A DNA stretch of 64,000 nt, from contig NW_015162483.1 of the NCBI RefSeq assembly GCF_001447785.1, positions 470,729 to 534,728 of the forward strand, given 5' to 3'. Source of the DNA: Gekko japonicus (Eukaryota). The notes beneath the pieces are model-generated. The model searched no databases, was not told the origin of the DNA, and saw nothing but the letters and a program-made list of their open reading frames with translations. Each line of letters opens with the position of its first letter. Within the stretch, counting starts at the first letter, position 1. Shown piece by piece: positions 41,030 to 53,802 of the stretch. Both the position numbers and the translations under genes were made by a program.

Positions 41030-41590
41030 TGCTGAATGGCCAGGGTCCGGCTTACCTAAGGGACCGCCTCTTCCCGTATGTTCCCTTAAGAGCACTGCAA
41101 TCAGGGAACCTTCATCGCCTTGAAGTTCCAGGCCCCCGAGCTGCGAGGCTGGCCCACACTAGATCTAGGGCGTTTTCAGTGGTGGCTCCTGCCTGGTGAA
41201 ATGAGCTCCCAGAGACAATCCGGGCCCTGCGGGACCTTATGCAGTTCCGCAGGGCCTGCAAGACGGAACTCTTCCACCAGGCCTTTGGGTAGGAGCCGCC
41301 GCCGTCGCTATACCACCACCGTGATGATACTATTCATCTATCGCATCTCAGGGAGCAGACGTTGCCCGACTGTGCTGTGAAATACTGCTCCTGGTGCTCC
41401 CGCTGTTAAGAATTTTAGCTGTAAATGTGGGTTGCTGTGTTTTGTGTAATTCTATGTAGGCTTTTGTAGCACCAGATTTTATTATATGTGTAACAGTTTT
41501 TTATTGTACCCAATTTTTAAACTTGTTGTTAGCCGCCCTGAGCCATTGGGTAGGGCGGCATAGAAATCTCAAAAATAAATAAAATAAAAT
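41030..41590 (+). mobile_element. L2-clade LINE 3' end
   Basis: LNGQGPAYLRDRL...RSRAFSVVAPAW; 3' GCCGCCCTGAGCC...GGGCGG stem and (TAAA)n tail. Confidence 0.85.
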
Positions 41591-42211
41591 ATCTACTGCA
41601 ATTTCCAGCACCAATCAACCAAGAGCTCCCTGAAAAAACTGTGTGTGTACTGTGCTAGAAAGGAAGGGCATACAAAGACATGGGGTGATTCTGCATTTGC
41701 TTTTCTTTTCGCTGTTTTACAAAACCCACATTGGGACAGAAATTCTCCTCTGCATTGCATGCTGCTTTCACTTTCTTTGATCATCGGATTTTGTGGTACA
41801 CTCCACAGTGCATGCCACTTTTGCTTCCTTTGAGCATCAGGTTTTATGGTACCTTCAGGGGGGACTTTGCAGTCAGTACTGCATTGTCCTGAGGTATCTG
41901 AACGTGGTTTTGAGCTGCACCTTTTCCTCCCAGTTGAGAAAATGTGGAGCAAATGCTAGATGCAGAATCGCCCCATATATTCTGGGTGGCTACAGTTATA
42001 GATCTCTTACTTTCAAGTCTTAGATCTATCTCTTTGTGCTGAAATTTTGGAGCTGATTCATGACTGTCGATTAAAGTCAGAAAATTGGAAAATACACATG
42101 CCACCTTTTTAAAATGTTAAGTTCTTCCATAATGGAATTCAAGATAGTGTACATAGGGCTCCCAGAAGATCTCCCAATCAGGCAAGACTCATATATAAGA
42201 CTTATATGACT

Positions 42212-42517
42212 TCTACTTTATATACTAGCAGGAAGCAGAGATGGTGGAAAGGCTGTAGTTTCAGTGTAGTTTTATTCCACTGTGGAATCAAATATAAATA
42301 AAACTACACTAAAACTACAGCCTTTCCACCATCTCTGCTTCCTGCTAGTATATAAAGTAGATACATTAACAATTTTCCTCCCTTTTGTGCAATCACAGTC
42401 CTATGTCTGCCTACACTAAAACTACAGCCTTTCCACCATCTCTTCTTCCTGCTAATATATAAAGTGGATACAGTAAAAATTTCCTCCCTTTTGTTTAATC
42501 ACAATCCTATATCCGCC
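42212..42517. repeat. 65-bp inverted repeat overlapping a 107-bp tandem duplication
   Basis: Arms 42212-42276 and 42297-42361 (one mismatch); tandem copies start at 42304 and 42411. Confidence 0.9.
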
Positions 42518-42536
42518 TTACCATATAGCAGCACAG

Positions 42537-42779
42537 AGCCCTGACCTGGGTAGCCCAGGCAAGCTCAGTCTTGTCAGATTTCAGAAGCTAAGCAGGATCA
42601 ACTCTTGCAAGTACTTGGATGGGAGACCACCTTGAAATACCAGCAGTTGGGAGGCGGGGGCAGGCTTTATTCAGCCACCTCTCTGAATTCAGTCCCCCAG
42701 TAGGGGTCAATCACCAGAGGTCTCCATGATTTCCAGATGCACTCACTCACTCATCCCCACACACCCACACACACAAATA
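42537..42779 (+). mobile_element. 5S rRNA-derived SINE (SINE3 type)
   Basis: GAAGCTAAGCAGG...AGTACTTGGATGGGAGACC matches the 5S internal control region; CA-rich tail; 15-bp TSD CATATAGCAGCACAG. Confidence 0.85.
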
Positions 42780-43879
42780 CATATAGCAGCACAGCAAAAC
42801 AAGAAGCCATATATGTGAGTCATTTAAATACAAATGGCACCATCGTTTTCTGCAATAATGCTACTTCTATTTCTAATACTTCTTTTGTATTACTGGAAAA
42901 AAATAAATAACTGAAGTGTTACTCTACTTTATCAGTCCTGAAATTGTACACAATGGTAACCTTATGTTGCCTTCTTAATAAGAATATACCCTTGTTAGCA
43001 TAAGAGGTGATGGTGTGTCTGAGGTTTCACACACTTTACAAGATGGTTCAAACAACCCTGAATATAATTTCCTGTTTCACACAAGTGTGATGTAAGCATT
43101 GACCGCTTAAAAGCTTCTGAAGACTTTAAAGTATAATGCATTATAAAATATTATATACATTAATGTTGGTAGGCCTAACATTTGCAAACTGTTTCTTCTG
43201 ATATTAGTACCATTTCATGTAATATACTAAATGCTTTTTATTCATTGTTGTCATGGGGAACTGGAAATAAATGCTTATTTTGCTTTCTTCCTCAGCATTT
43301 TAAAAACTTTTATGACAGATTTCCCCCCTCAACCCATCCTTATCTCTGTGCACAGATTTCCTGATTTGATGGCTCAGTAACATTTATGATGTATATGCTT
43401 CCACCTGCTGAAAATTATATGCATCAAGACTTATGCTGTATGAAATTAGAAAAACACTCAAGGTCTGAACATCAGGTGGGAGAAAAACACAAGGCATAAT
43501 TAGTTATCATCATAAGAAATGAATATAGACATAGCACTGCAACCAAACTGGCAGTTCTCACCTCAGTTAAAATGTGGGAGATTTAGTAAACCAGAAACTA
43601 TGATCCCTAGCCCAGTCTTGACAGCACTCCATTCATAGAACATGTAAGATCAAGCACTGGGGTCTTTGTGCACCCATGCAAGAATTCCTCATCACTTCAT
43701 GCTGGTGGTAGCACCTGACTATTTTCTTGCAGGCCCAACCATGTTTCTGGAATATAAGTTCCAAGGAATGTAATAGGCCCTGTTTCCAAGCAAGCATGGT
43801 TGAAATTGCAGCCCTAATGCCATGGTTTGGCTTCTTTTTGCAACACATTTCTCTTTTCACAAACACTGGCATACGATTT

Positions 43880-44170
43880 CAGTCCATCACATACCTTTAT
43901 TGGCATAAAAACAGAAATAGTTACATACGATTATCAGTGCGTATATGAATAATCTGATAAATATAAATAGAGCATACAACAGAGAATTTTAAAATCATAA
44001 TAGTGTATCGAATATAAAATATCAAACAGAAGCAGGCATCTTTTAGTTGGTTAAAATCTACAGGTGTGTTTCAATTTTGATTTTATAAGCTTCTGCTGAA
44101 AACTTTGCAATACATATGGTGGTTTTAGGATTTGCACCTAACATAACACTAATCGAACCCAAGTCCCTAG
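43880..44170 (-). mobile_element. RTE-X-like 3' end fragment
   Basis: GCCAATAAAGG 3' signal as in the 10511 element; C-terminal LGANPKTTICIAKFSAEA. Confidence 0.5.
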
Positions 44171-44337
44171 GCACTGCTAATATTCTTCATCTATGAGTAC
44201 AAGAAGGAACAGCTGAAACAATGCTCCTTTGCAGAAACCCAGGTCCTCTATTATTCATCTCCAAAGTCTGTGGTACAGCAAGTAGGGAATCACTTCTCCC
44301 TCTATCTGTCTTTGCAGTGCCAAAGGACTTTGGCTCA

Positions 44338-44463
44338 AAGTTCCCTCTAAGCTGAGTTAGTGTGAGCTAGCTCACATTTCTTTAGCCTCCGGCTCACATG
44401 TTTTTCTCTTAGCTCTGGAACGATGGGCTCGAGGGCAAACTAATTTATGTAGTAGCCAAATTG
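44338..44463. mobile_element. Fragment of the CAGTGTTCCCTCTAAG hAT MITE family
   Basis: Homologous to 59442-59647 and 61175-61374. Confidence 0.7.
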
Positions 44464-45014
44464 TTCCAAGCATAAGGCAAGCCTGTGATACTTGTTCCTT
44501 ACAGGTTTGTATTGATTTGAGTAATATTTAATGAACATCTAGCCCCATTCACACGGACTAGATTCATTCATATGTGCGCAAAATTAAAGACTCCACAGGG
44601 CATAGGTCTGAATCAGGCCAGGGGTTGCATGACACTGCTGGCCTATAAGAGCTTTCAGCAGCAGTATCCAAAGCAGCGTTATTCCCTTGAAAGCCCATTG
44701 ATTTCAAATTGACTTAGGGGAGTGTAGAGTGGTATATTTTGCACTGTTTCCTGTGGTCTCAATTATTAGGATATATCAGCCCTCCTAATAAGAAACTCTC
44801 TGTGTTTGTTCTCCATGATAATAAATATTGGTGGGTCTATTTTTATGATTTTTAAATGTTTACTTTGACCTGCTCTTTTAATTTCATTCTTTTCACAGTT
44901 TATAGTCACTGCCTGGTTGCATATGTTTAATTATATGACACAAACTTCTTTCAGATCTCTGCCAGGGAATCTATTTTTTTGACTGAGACGGATGCTTACA
45001 CATTCACAGGCATG

Positions 45015-45312
45015 TAGAGTTGCCAGCTTTGTCTTGGGAAAATCCTGCCACTTTGGGGGTAGTGCCCGCGGAGAATAGAGTTATTTCAGATGGGATGTGG
45101 CACCAAAGAGTCTGCCCAGGGCAACTGAAAAACACAGGGGAGATCTTGGAACCTAAGCAGTGTCAGTACTTGGAAGGGAGACCGCCAAGTAAGCTTGCAG
45201 AGGAAGGCAAACCACCCACTTTCTGGGGTGAGCTGCAACTTGATGGCACTTTACACACACACACAACTGGAGATCAACTGTAATTCTGGGAGAACTCCAG
45301 GTCCCATCTGCC
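45015..45312. mobile_element. TAGGGTTGCCA-family MITE containing a 5S-SINE fragment
   Basis: TAGAGTTGCCA start; internal AGTACTTGGAAGGGAGACCGCC and (CA)n; homologous to 56769-57015. Confidence 0.5.
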
Positions 45313-46279
45313 TTGTGTGTGTGTGTGTGTGTGTTTGGGTTGTGTTACATTTCTTCTTCATATGACTCAAATGAGATACACTGGTATGATAGTAAACTGA
45401 ATGCTGTATGATATTTACTATATTATATTAGGTAGATATTACCCTGACACCTGATTTTATGGAAGTCATGATTTTATCTAAGAGTCTGATGTGTTTATTT
45501 GTTTAAGGTATCTCAAACATGTCTATGTAGTCTTTAGTACAGAAATGTTCCTTTCCTGTGTGTTTTAATATATACATGTACTTATACTGAATTGGTATCC
45601 AACTGTCAATTCATCGTTCTTACAGAAATGGTGGTGGGGGAGGGCGAATGCTGAAACTGGAAACAAAAATACTAGCTAACAAAAATGCTTTAGATCAGGA
45701 GAAAAGGCCCACACGGGCCCTGTGAAATAAACTTGCTACCTTGCTCCTGACTTCTCACTCTGAAAACAGGTTACTGTTGTGGAAATCTTAAGAAAGAGGC
45801 TAAAACCTTGGACTGATTGATTAAAATAAATAAAACCTGGCATTTTAATGAACTAACAGACTGTGAAAAGCTTTTATAGCAAATGTTTATTCGGGGTTTT
45901 GGAAAGTAGGCCTTCTCCTAACATGGCCTAATTATAATCAGTACTCGGGGTGGATGATGCTTTCCACACTCAGCTTTAAGTCACAGAAGCCTCTGCTGTA
46001 GTGTTTCCCCCCACCCACTAATCCAACATTTAAGTGGGGAAAACCTCTTATCTCTTTGTTGCACCCTGAAGTCAACGGCCTGTTGCTTCCTTCTTTGCAC
46101 TAAAAATAACATGTGACATGCTGGTGCTTCATATCTAGAGCAGTCAAATCCTGCACTGGTAAGCTGCTTTACAGTGGTTCAGGCTCAACCAAATGACATA
46201 AAATTCCTTCTTTATTTGATTTTTTCCCTGCTGCTTCAATACACATGCTTTGTTTTTAAATGTCTCCCTTTGTAGCTAT

Positions 46280-46502
46280 GAGGTCACCAACACTGGGTTA
46301 GACCAGCATGCTAATCTTCTGGTGGAGTCTGCACCTCTCCCAGAATTACTACTAACCCCCCAGTTCTCCTGTAGAAACTGGAACTTTTGAAGGGTGGACT
46401 TTATGGCATTATACCCTGCTGAGGTCCCTTCCTCGTCAAACTCTCCCTTTCCCAGGCTTCAACCCCAAACTTCCCAGAATTGCCCCAAATTTAGTAACCC
46501 TA
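46280..46502. mobile_element. TAGGGTTGCCA-family MITE in reverse orientation
   Basis: Reverse-complement similarity to 56769-57015; ends AACCCTA. Confidence 0.5.
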
Positions 46503-46507
46503 GCAGG

Positions 46508-47274
46508 AATTCGAATCCAACAGCCCGCGGCCCCAATGGTCCTTGGGCTGGGGGAGGTGCCTTTGCCGCCCTGTCGGATTGAGGCGGGCAATTCTGGCAC
46601 CAAAGCGCCTAATATGGGTACTTGGAGGGGGAGGGGGCCGAGCAGTTAAGAGCTGGCCCCTCGGTCCCTCACCAGCAGTTCCCGCACAGATCTCGGCCCA
46701 CCCTCCCACCCTGTTGGTAGTGCAGGGTGTGGCTGGTCGCCCGGTTTTGGGGGCCAGGTAGGAATTTTTTCAACTCTTCCTGATTGGCCTGTGGAAGGGG
46801 TGTTTTTCGCCTACCTTGCACTGCAGCGGTGGTGCAGGTGTTTTCGGGTGAGGCTGTGTTAGTTAGAATGGTCACTTTTGTTAGGCAGGGTTATAGGCGA
46901 AATTCAGTTTGCGGTACAGTGAGCACCAGCCGATACCCATTAAGTGGGAATGAAGGAGTCTGTGAGTACAGTCTTTGTGCCCTGCGACACGGGGGGTGAA
47001 AACTGACTGCCTTCGGGAACGCCCCAATTGAGTCATCTCTTTGAGCCTAGTAGCTCGGGGGTTGGGTCTGCGGGGTTGTCCTGTAATGGCTAGCCGGCCG
47101 TGGCTCGCCCTAATTCATGAGATAAGGGAGGGGTCCCGGACCTCTGGCCTTATCCATACCGCAAAACTGTGTTGCCCTTGCCGTTGGTTTTCAGTTAAAG
47201 TTGTTATTTAATAAAGTGGCCCAATAGTTAAACCAACATTGGTGTCTGCCTCGTTATTCCGACTTGGGGGGCAA
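46508..47274 (+). mobile_element. Solo A-B terminal module of a Ngaro-type element
   Basis: 46508-46690 matches reverse complement of 29643-29455 (A); about 46883-47274 matches reverse complement of about 24165-23737 (B), sharing the AATAAAGTGGCCC...GTCTGCCTCGTTATTCCGRCTTGGGGGGCAA end. Confidence 0.8.
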
Positions 47275-47839
47275 CTGAAATTTCTGAATTAGTGGGACTC
47301 CCTCCCTGTGAATTCATTTTGTGTTCCTGCCTAGCATTCATCATGGATCTTCAGCAAGAAAAGGAAAACATGCATCTGAAGGGCTGACCATCCAGTTCAG
47401 ATCCCATTTGTCTTCTTAACCTTTCTAAAATGCATTGAGTTGTTCAGAATATTTGTCTTAAATTAAGACCTTTTTTCTGGGTGAAAACTGAAAGGCCTAT
47501 ACTCCTAATTTGTTTCTGAAAGAATCAGTCCTGCCTGCTATATATGCATTAGGGAGGAGAGGTGCAAAGGGGAAGGAGACTGCACCTCCAAATATCCTTA
47601 TGATGGACTCCTGTTCTCATGTCTGGTCCTTTAACCAGTCTCTGGAACACTCAGCATAGTGTTCCATCTAAACAGCGTGACTTTTCTTTAATGTCAGATT
47701 AGTGCTGCTTCAAGTTTCACAGGTAACATGTTCAATGATCAAATTTACCCTGTTCATAACATTTGCTTTTTCTTAAATTGAGCATCTCATACAGCACATT
47801 AGTGATTTATTCAGTATTAAATTAAATTAGCAGTATTTT

Positions 47840-48232
47840 AAGGAACCTCAAACAGATACCTTTTACCTTCTACCAAAAATACACAAACCTGGCAAACTAG
47901 GGTGCCCCATTGTCTCATGCATAGGAACTCTCACCGTGGGGGTTTCTGGATACATAGACTCTATTCTAAGACCCTATGCCATTAATGCTCTAGTTATGTG
48001 TGTGACATCACAGATTTCCTGAGGAAAATATGATCTTTGAAAAACCTTCCAGAGAATACTGTTTTGGCCACCGTGGATGTGCAATTTCTGTACACCAACA
48101 TCCCACACAAAGATGGATTACAAGCCATAAGGAACATGATTTCTGACAACACCACAGCTGACTTTGCCACCAAACTCTGCTCTTTTGTTCTCCGCTATAA
48201 CTACTTCATATTTGATAACAAGTTTTACCTAT
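47840..48232 (+). mobile_element. Penelope-like (Poseidon-type) RT fragment
   Basis: [16 protein letters not shown] and LATVDVQFLYTNIPHKDG...NYF.F motifs. Confidence 0.85.
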
Positions 48233-48408
48233 CTCCTGGACAGGTCTGTCTCTGGTAATAAGCAGACATTGAACCATTTAATCTGACTCAGGAAAGAACA
48301 GGCTGGTGTGGATGGAATCCTGTGTGTATTAAAAGATCCAACCTAGTGGTTAGTCAGTGAAAACCTGTTTGCATCCTGAAAACATTAAAGAGAATTCAAA
48401 TCACACTC

Positions 48409-48684
48409 TGAAAAGTACTGAGACTTACTAGTGATTTCAGCTCTCATACTTTATTTCAGCTCAGAACAAGACGAGAGTACCCAGCTCGCAGGCTGGTTTA
48501 TATGTGCACAAACCCCGCTCCCCAAACACCCACACCCACCATTGGCTATTTACAGTGGCCGAGAGTTCCATAGGCTCTCGGCGGGGATCCGCTTGTCCCA
48601 TTGTTACTGAGAGCAAAGCTCGGTCGCTTCGCCTGACCGCGTGGTGAAATGGCCGCGTACGCGGTCTGAGATGGATACATTACA
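48409..48684 (-). mobile_element. Solo LTR, young and CpG-rich
   Basis: TG...CA termini; perfect 5-bp TSD CACTC; minus-strand TATA-like motif and AATAAA. Confidence 0.85.
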
Positions 48685-50196
48685 CACTCTGAAGCCATAG
48701 CGAGCTTAAACTAGCTCAGCCAAGTTTCTCATTTGACTGTTTGAAAACCTGTGCTGCTGATCTGTTCATGAAAACCAACCTGTAAATGAATAAATCTTTG
48801 CTATTTTCACACAACTCACTTCCCACAAAATTTACCCATGGCAGTGAACCCAAAGCCTTTACACTTGCTACCCTAAGAACATCTTAAAACTGAATGGAAG
48901 TCCTATAGTTTAAAACAAACCTGGTCCCCCAAAATAATAAAAGGCTGTGTGGGGTCCCTTCAGTTGGTGGGAAAAGGCCTCTTTTGAAAGCCCCCCCCAC
49001 GATGGGTTAATGAAAGGCTGGTGGGGGTTCTCTACTTTGTGCTCAGGTGGGCACCCCCTTAGTAACCTGGGCTGCTTTCTGAAGTAATCTGTTAGTGTAT
49101 CAGCTATATTTTACTTTGTACATTCACATCAGATGAGAAATGGGTATATTCATAGTTCTGCAGTCTCTTCCCCCTGCCACCCAGAAACAGACTCCTTTGC
49201 ACTTTACAGATAAGTCACAAACTCGTTCTATCCCTCTTCCCCAGTATAACAAACAGGGCATAACATTCTTTCTCTAAGAGATTAATAAAGTGCAAACTAT
49301 CAACTACTAGTTTAAAAAAGTGTTCCTGTGTCAACATTAGCCAATAAATCAGTTCTAGATTCTGCACAAGAAGCCTTTGTGGCAACTATGAACAAATTCA
49401 AGAACAGGCCACGTGATGGCTACGTTTTACTGCCTTGTGAGCTCCTTGTCCAATCACTGTACTTAGGGTTATGATCCCATAAATCTACTCTGCACTGTAG
49501 GCAGCTCATCACTTACAGTAAAATGCTTTACCTCGTCAGCATTCAAAGGCATCCTATAAAAAGATTGGATGGTGCATCATTTTTTTAATCTCATAAAAGC
49601 TGCACTCACAGGAAATTGTCGATACCTTTTTAGAGTATTTGAAGAAAAAGATGTGTCCAAAATGAAATCACTATAAAATTCTTTTTGTCTAACACTATTT
49701 GTTTTGGTCTTATGGGACTTTGATTGATGGCACTAGCACTTTGTGTGCACCTTTCTTCCTGTGTGGACAGCCTGCAGTTTGTTGTGCTGCAATTCAATTA
49801 AGAGTGTTCAATAAATTTTTCAAAATGAAATGCAGTTTGGAATAGTAAATAAATAAGATGAAATTAAATTGCAGTAAGAAAGGAGAAATTCATTCAAATG
49901 CATTGTTTGTCCCTCATTATGAAATGCTTTCTGAATTACTAATGCAAGGTATAGAGTTTTTAGCATGTGCAAACTGAGCTTATCTACCATAACATTAAGG
50001 CTGTTCACCTGTAAAGACAAGATAAGGCAAGCAGCAAGCAACTACTGCATTAACATTTGTGATACTGAATAACAGAGTAATTGGTTCCACTGATGAACAA
50101 AGATGGAAAAAGATGAAACACTGGTAAATAAGACAGAGCAATCATCAAGCAACTATGAATATGAGTGCCAAATTTAGTTAAGTCTTTTAACAGTCA

Positions 50197-50571
50197 AGAA
50201 CAATGTTCAAGTCCAGTGGGGCACCTTTAAGACCAACAAAATTTTATTCAAGGTATAAGCTTTCATGTGCACACACACTACTTCAGATACAATTAAATGG
50301 AAGTTAACAGTCCACACATATAGGTAGAGGGTGAGCAGCAAATTAGCATACAGCATAATAAAGGTCCAACAACTTTTTTTATGCTGTATGCTGATTTGCT
50401 GCTCACCCTATATATGTATGGACTGATAACTTCCATTTCAATGTATCTGAAGAAATGTGCGTGCACATGAAAGCTTATACCTTGAATAAAATTTTGTTGG
50501 TCTTATAGGTGCCATTGGACTTGAATGTTGTTCTGATGCTTCAGACAAATACAGCTACCCCTCAGAATCTA
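50197..50571. mobile_element. Penelope-like inverted pseudo-LTR pair with minimal hammerhead motif
   Basis: About 160-bp arms 50197-50358 and 50379-50534; GTAT-CTGAAGA-A-ATGTG-CGTG-CACAT-GAAA-GCTTA-TAC at 50443-50480. Confidence 0.8.
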
Positions 50572-50949
50572 TTGATAATATTCATTATTCTCAAGGGACA
50601 ACAAGGAATCATGCTAAGGTGCCTTGACCGCTATGATTGTTAATGTTTTGAAGGTTTTGCTGTAATCCTTTATCTTTATAGAGACAATAATTTCATTCAT
50701 AGAATTCCTTCACGATCAATCTTAGAAAACTTTAATTAAGCATGATCTTTAAAATAAAATGTGGCTGCATTCTGGACAGGATTATCAATCAAAGGTTTGT
50801 TATTGTGAGTTATCCTTGTTATTGCAACCATAGAGAGGGAAGTGTTTTACATTGTATGTCAGATACAGAAATAACAACCAAGGAAACACAAATGACAACC
50901 AAGCAAAACAAGCAAACAGCTTGGTGTGCTATAAACAGATATGCATAAT

Positions 50950-51135
50950 ACATACATCCCCGTGCGACATGCCCGGCGTGATGACATCACCTCTGGGTGA
51001 CATCGTCATGCCAGGCACATTGGGGATGGTGGGGCTCTTTGGGGGTGGGGCTTCCCCACTGGCCAGCTGGCTGGCTATGGATTAGGCCCCCTGAAATTGG
51101 GGAAATCCTACCCCCATCATGGGTTGGCAACCCTA
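50950..51135. mobile_element. Right part of a TAGGGTTGCCA-terminus MITE
   Basis: Ends TGGCAACCCTA; TGACATC repeats. Confidence 0.45.
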
Positions 51136-51429
51136 CACAGGAGGTGGAGTCAACCACAAAATATCAGGGAGCTGGGTTATGAATAACTCTAATGGTAACT
51201 CTTCAACATTTCAAGAAGAAGCTCTGTTTAATAGGATGCCTTTTTGAATGAACATATTGTTTTAAAATATCTTTTTTAAAAAAGATTTTATTTACAGTTA
51301 TTTATTTATTTATTTATTTATTTATTTTACATGGGACCGCCGCCACCTCTTCGTCTCTCTCCGCTGCTGCCGACCGCACTCCCGGCACAGAGCCAGGAGG
51401 AGGGTGCCCCCTGCCACCTAGGGCAGGTA

Positions 51430-52060
51430 CCCATTCCTCTTGTTGTTACTAGAGCCGCTGGGTTTCCATCTTTTACATACATTTTTCTCCCCTTTAATAC
51501 CAATTGGGGGGTTAACCTTACAGTTTTTCTTCATACCATTTTATGGCCTTATGCCATTTCTGGTTAAATTTAATCTTCTGTTTTTCCCGCCAAGAACATA
51601 TTTAATTTATCAATTTCTATTACATCAAAAAGCTTGCTTATCAGTTCTTCCTTATTCGGGATATTATCCAACTTCCAGTTCTTTGCGATACATATTCTCG
51701 CCATTATAATTAGATATACATAAGAACATAAGAACATAAGAGACGCCAATGTTGGATCAGGCCAAAGGCCCATCCAGTCCAACACTCTGTGTCACACAGT
51801 GGCCAGAAATACCAGTGCCATCAGGAGGTCCAGCAATAATACATGTTTCATTATATTTAATACCGTTGGGTGTTATATTTAATACAAAGATTTCTAGAAT
51901 TAATGGTAAGTCTATTTCTGTAATGTCTTTTATCAGCTGCTTAGTAATTTTCCAGAATCTTTGTATTTTCTCGCATTTCCACCATATATGGAAGTGCGTT
52001 CCTGTATTGTTTTTACACCTCCCTGTCTGCCCCCACTTCAGTTTTAAGAACACTTGGCAG
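51430..52060 (-). mobile_element. L1 ORF2 C-terminal fragment
   Basis: C....GTHFHIWWKCEKIQRFW and ARICIAKNWK motifs; split by a CR1 piece. Confidence 0.8.
51719..51834 (-). mobile_element. CR1 3' fragment
   Basis: (CATAAGAA)n tail; near-identical to 20260-20361. Confidence 0.85.
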
Positions 52061-52589
52061 GCACCAGGAAAAGGGACAGTGGGTGACATGGTGCCCATGG
52101 GCACCACCTTGAGGAAGCCCGTCCTATAGCATCACCATTAACACCACCACCCCTATTTTTCTCCCACCATTAAAAATGCAAATCAAGTGATGCTAATCAA
52201 CACATTTCTGCCATGAGAATAGGGATCAAAAGCTACATGTGTGAAAAAGCCATTAACTGCTACTACTAAGCAAGTGGCAATCCCAAGGTTTTCACTATAT
52301 TGAACCCTAATGTTCACTAGCATGGGGAAGGGGGGGGTAGCAGCTATTCTCAGCCTACCTTTGGTATACAGGCCAGGGAAAGTGTTTGGTAGATTAAGCC
52401 CACTTTGAATTTACAGCCAGGGCAGGATTCCCCTTAACATTGGCATGCCTCTTGAAGCCCAGTACGTAAGGCGTGGTATAAACAAGGCTCAAATCAGTTC
52501 AATAAATAAATCCCAGCTGAACCCATGAAACGTGTGTGGCATCTTTATTTTGGGGATGGAGATGGCAAATAAAAGTTTCATAGACAATT

Positions 52590-53270
52590 GCATGTCTGTT
52601 GGTGGGTCTCCCTAAATGGGAGCACATCCGGCCTGTGCTGAAAGCGCTGCACTGGCTGCCGATAGCATACTGAGTCCGCTTCAAAGTGCTGGTTCTTACC
52701 TTTAAAGCCCTATATGGCCAGGATCCGACATACCTGAGGGACCATCTTTCCCCGTAGCACTACAGTCTGGGTCACAACATCGCCTACTGATTCCATGCCC
52801 CAAGGAGGCCCGGCTTGCTGCAACCAGGACCAGGGCCTACTCAGTGGCAGCTCCTACCTGGTGGAATGAGCTCCTGGAGGAGATCAGGGCCCTGCAGGAC
52901 CTTGTACAGTTTCATAGGGCCTGCAAGATGGAGCTCTTCCACCAAGCTTTCAATTAGGAGCCACCGCTACCACCATCACCAACGAAACCAGTTGATAACT
53001 GGGAACGGAGTGGCCCTAGGACGATTGCATCTCAGTGGTGTGGTAGATCAGTACTGTTGTACGGGGATGGAGGTAACATCTACTGGACACCATCTTGTTT
53101 TAATTTAAGAGCAACAGTACTGAGCACTTTATGAAATTTTGATATTTATTCAATTTTATCTTGTTTTACTTGGTTTTATGTATTGGCACATAGTGCCCTT
53201 GCTTGTTAGCCGCCCTGAGCCCATTATTGGGGAGGGCGGGGTAGAAATGTAAATAAATAAATAAATAAAT
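52590..53270 (+). mobile_element. L2-clade LINE 3' end
   Basis: EHIRPVLKALHWLPI...FKVLVLTFKALYG; (TAAA)n tail; homologous to 41030-41590. Confidence 0.85.
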
Positions 53271-53609
53271 TTAATGCTGAATAAAAGTAGCATCATAAAA
53301 TTCTAAGGGAGAATAAAATTGATATTTGCAGAGCTATGTAAATATTAATTTATCTGAGACTAAAGTGGAGGGATCAGATATTAATTCAGACTTTCACATC
53401 AGGATTCACTTGAGAGCCTTTATGACTAATTGGCCGGTCTGTATAACAGAAACAACTATTGTTGAATGGCTGAAACTTTGAAATGTCATTTTGACAGATA
53501 TTTAGAAAGGTAGAACACTCTAGATCATTGAAATATAGAAATGATAATGGGATCAGTTTGACTGCTTTTTTATACCATGAAATTAAATATTGAGCTATTT
53601 TTAGGTTAG

Positions 53610-53802
53610 TAGAAAAGAGCAGGAGTCCAGTAGCACCTTCAGATATCTGAAGAAGATATTATCTGAAGATATGTTATTTGAAGAAGTGATCAGTGATGCA
53701 TGAAAGCTCATACCCTGCCACATATTTTGTTAGTCTTTAAGGGGTTACTGGACTCTTGCTCTTTTCTGCTGCTACAAACAGACGGCTACCCATCTTGATC
53801 TA
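53610..53802. mobile_element. Penelope-like 3' terminal fragment with short inverted repeat and decayed hammerhead motif
   Basis: Arms 53610-53639 and 53739-53768; TGAAGAAGTG...GAAAGCTCATAC; flanking TTAGGTTA direct repeat. Confidence 0.7.

Noticed and set aside
42560-42645. 5S rRNA gene
   Set aside because: Diverged, has a non-5S 5' end and body, a CA-rich tail and a 15-bp TSD, so it is a SINE.
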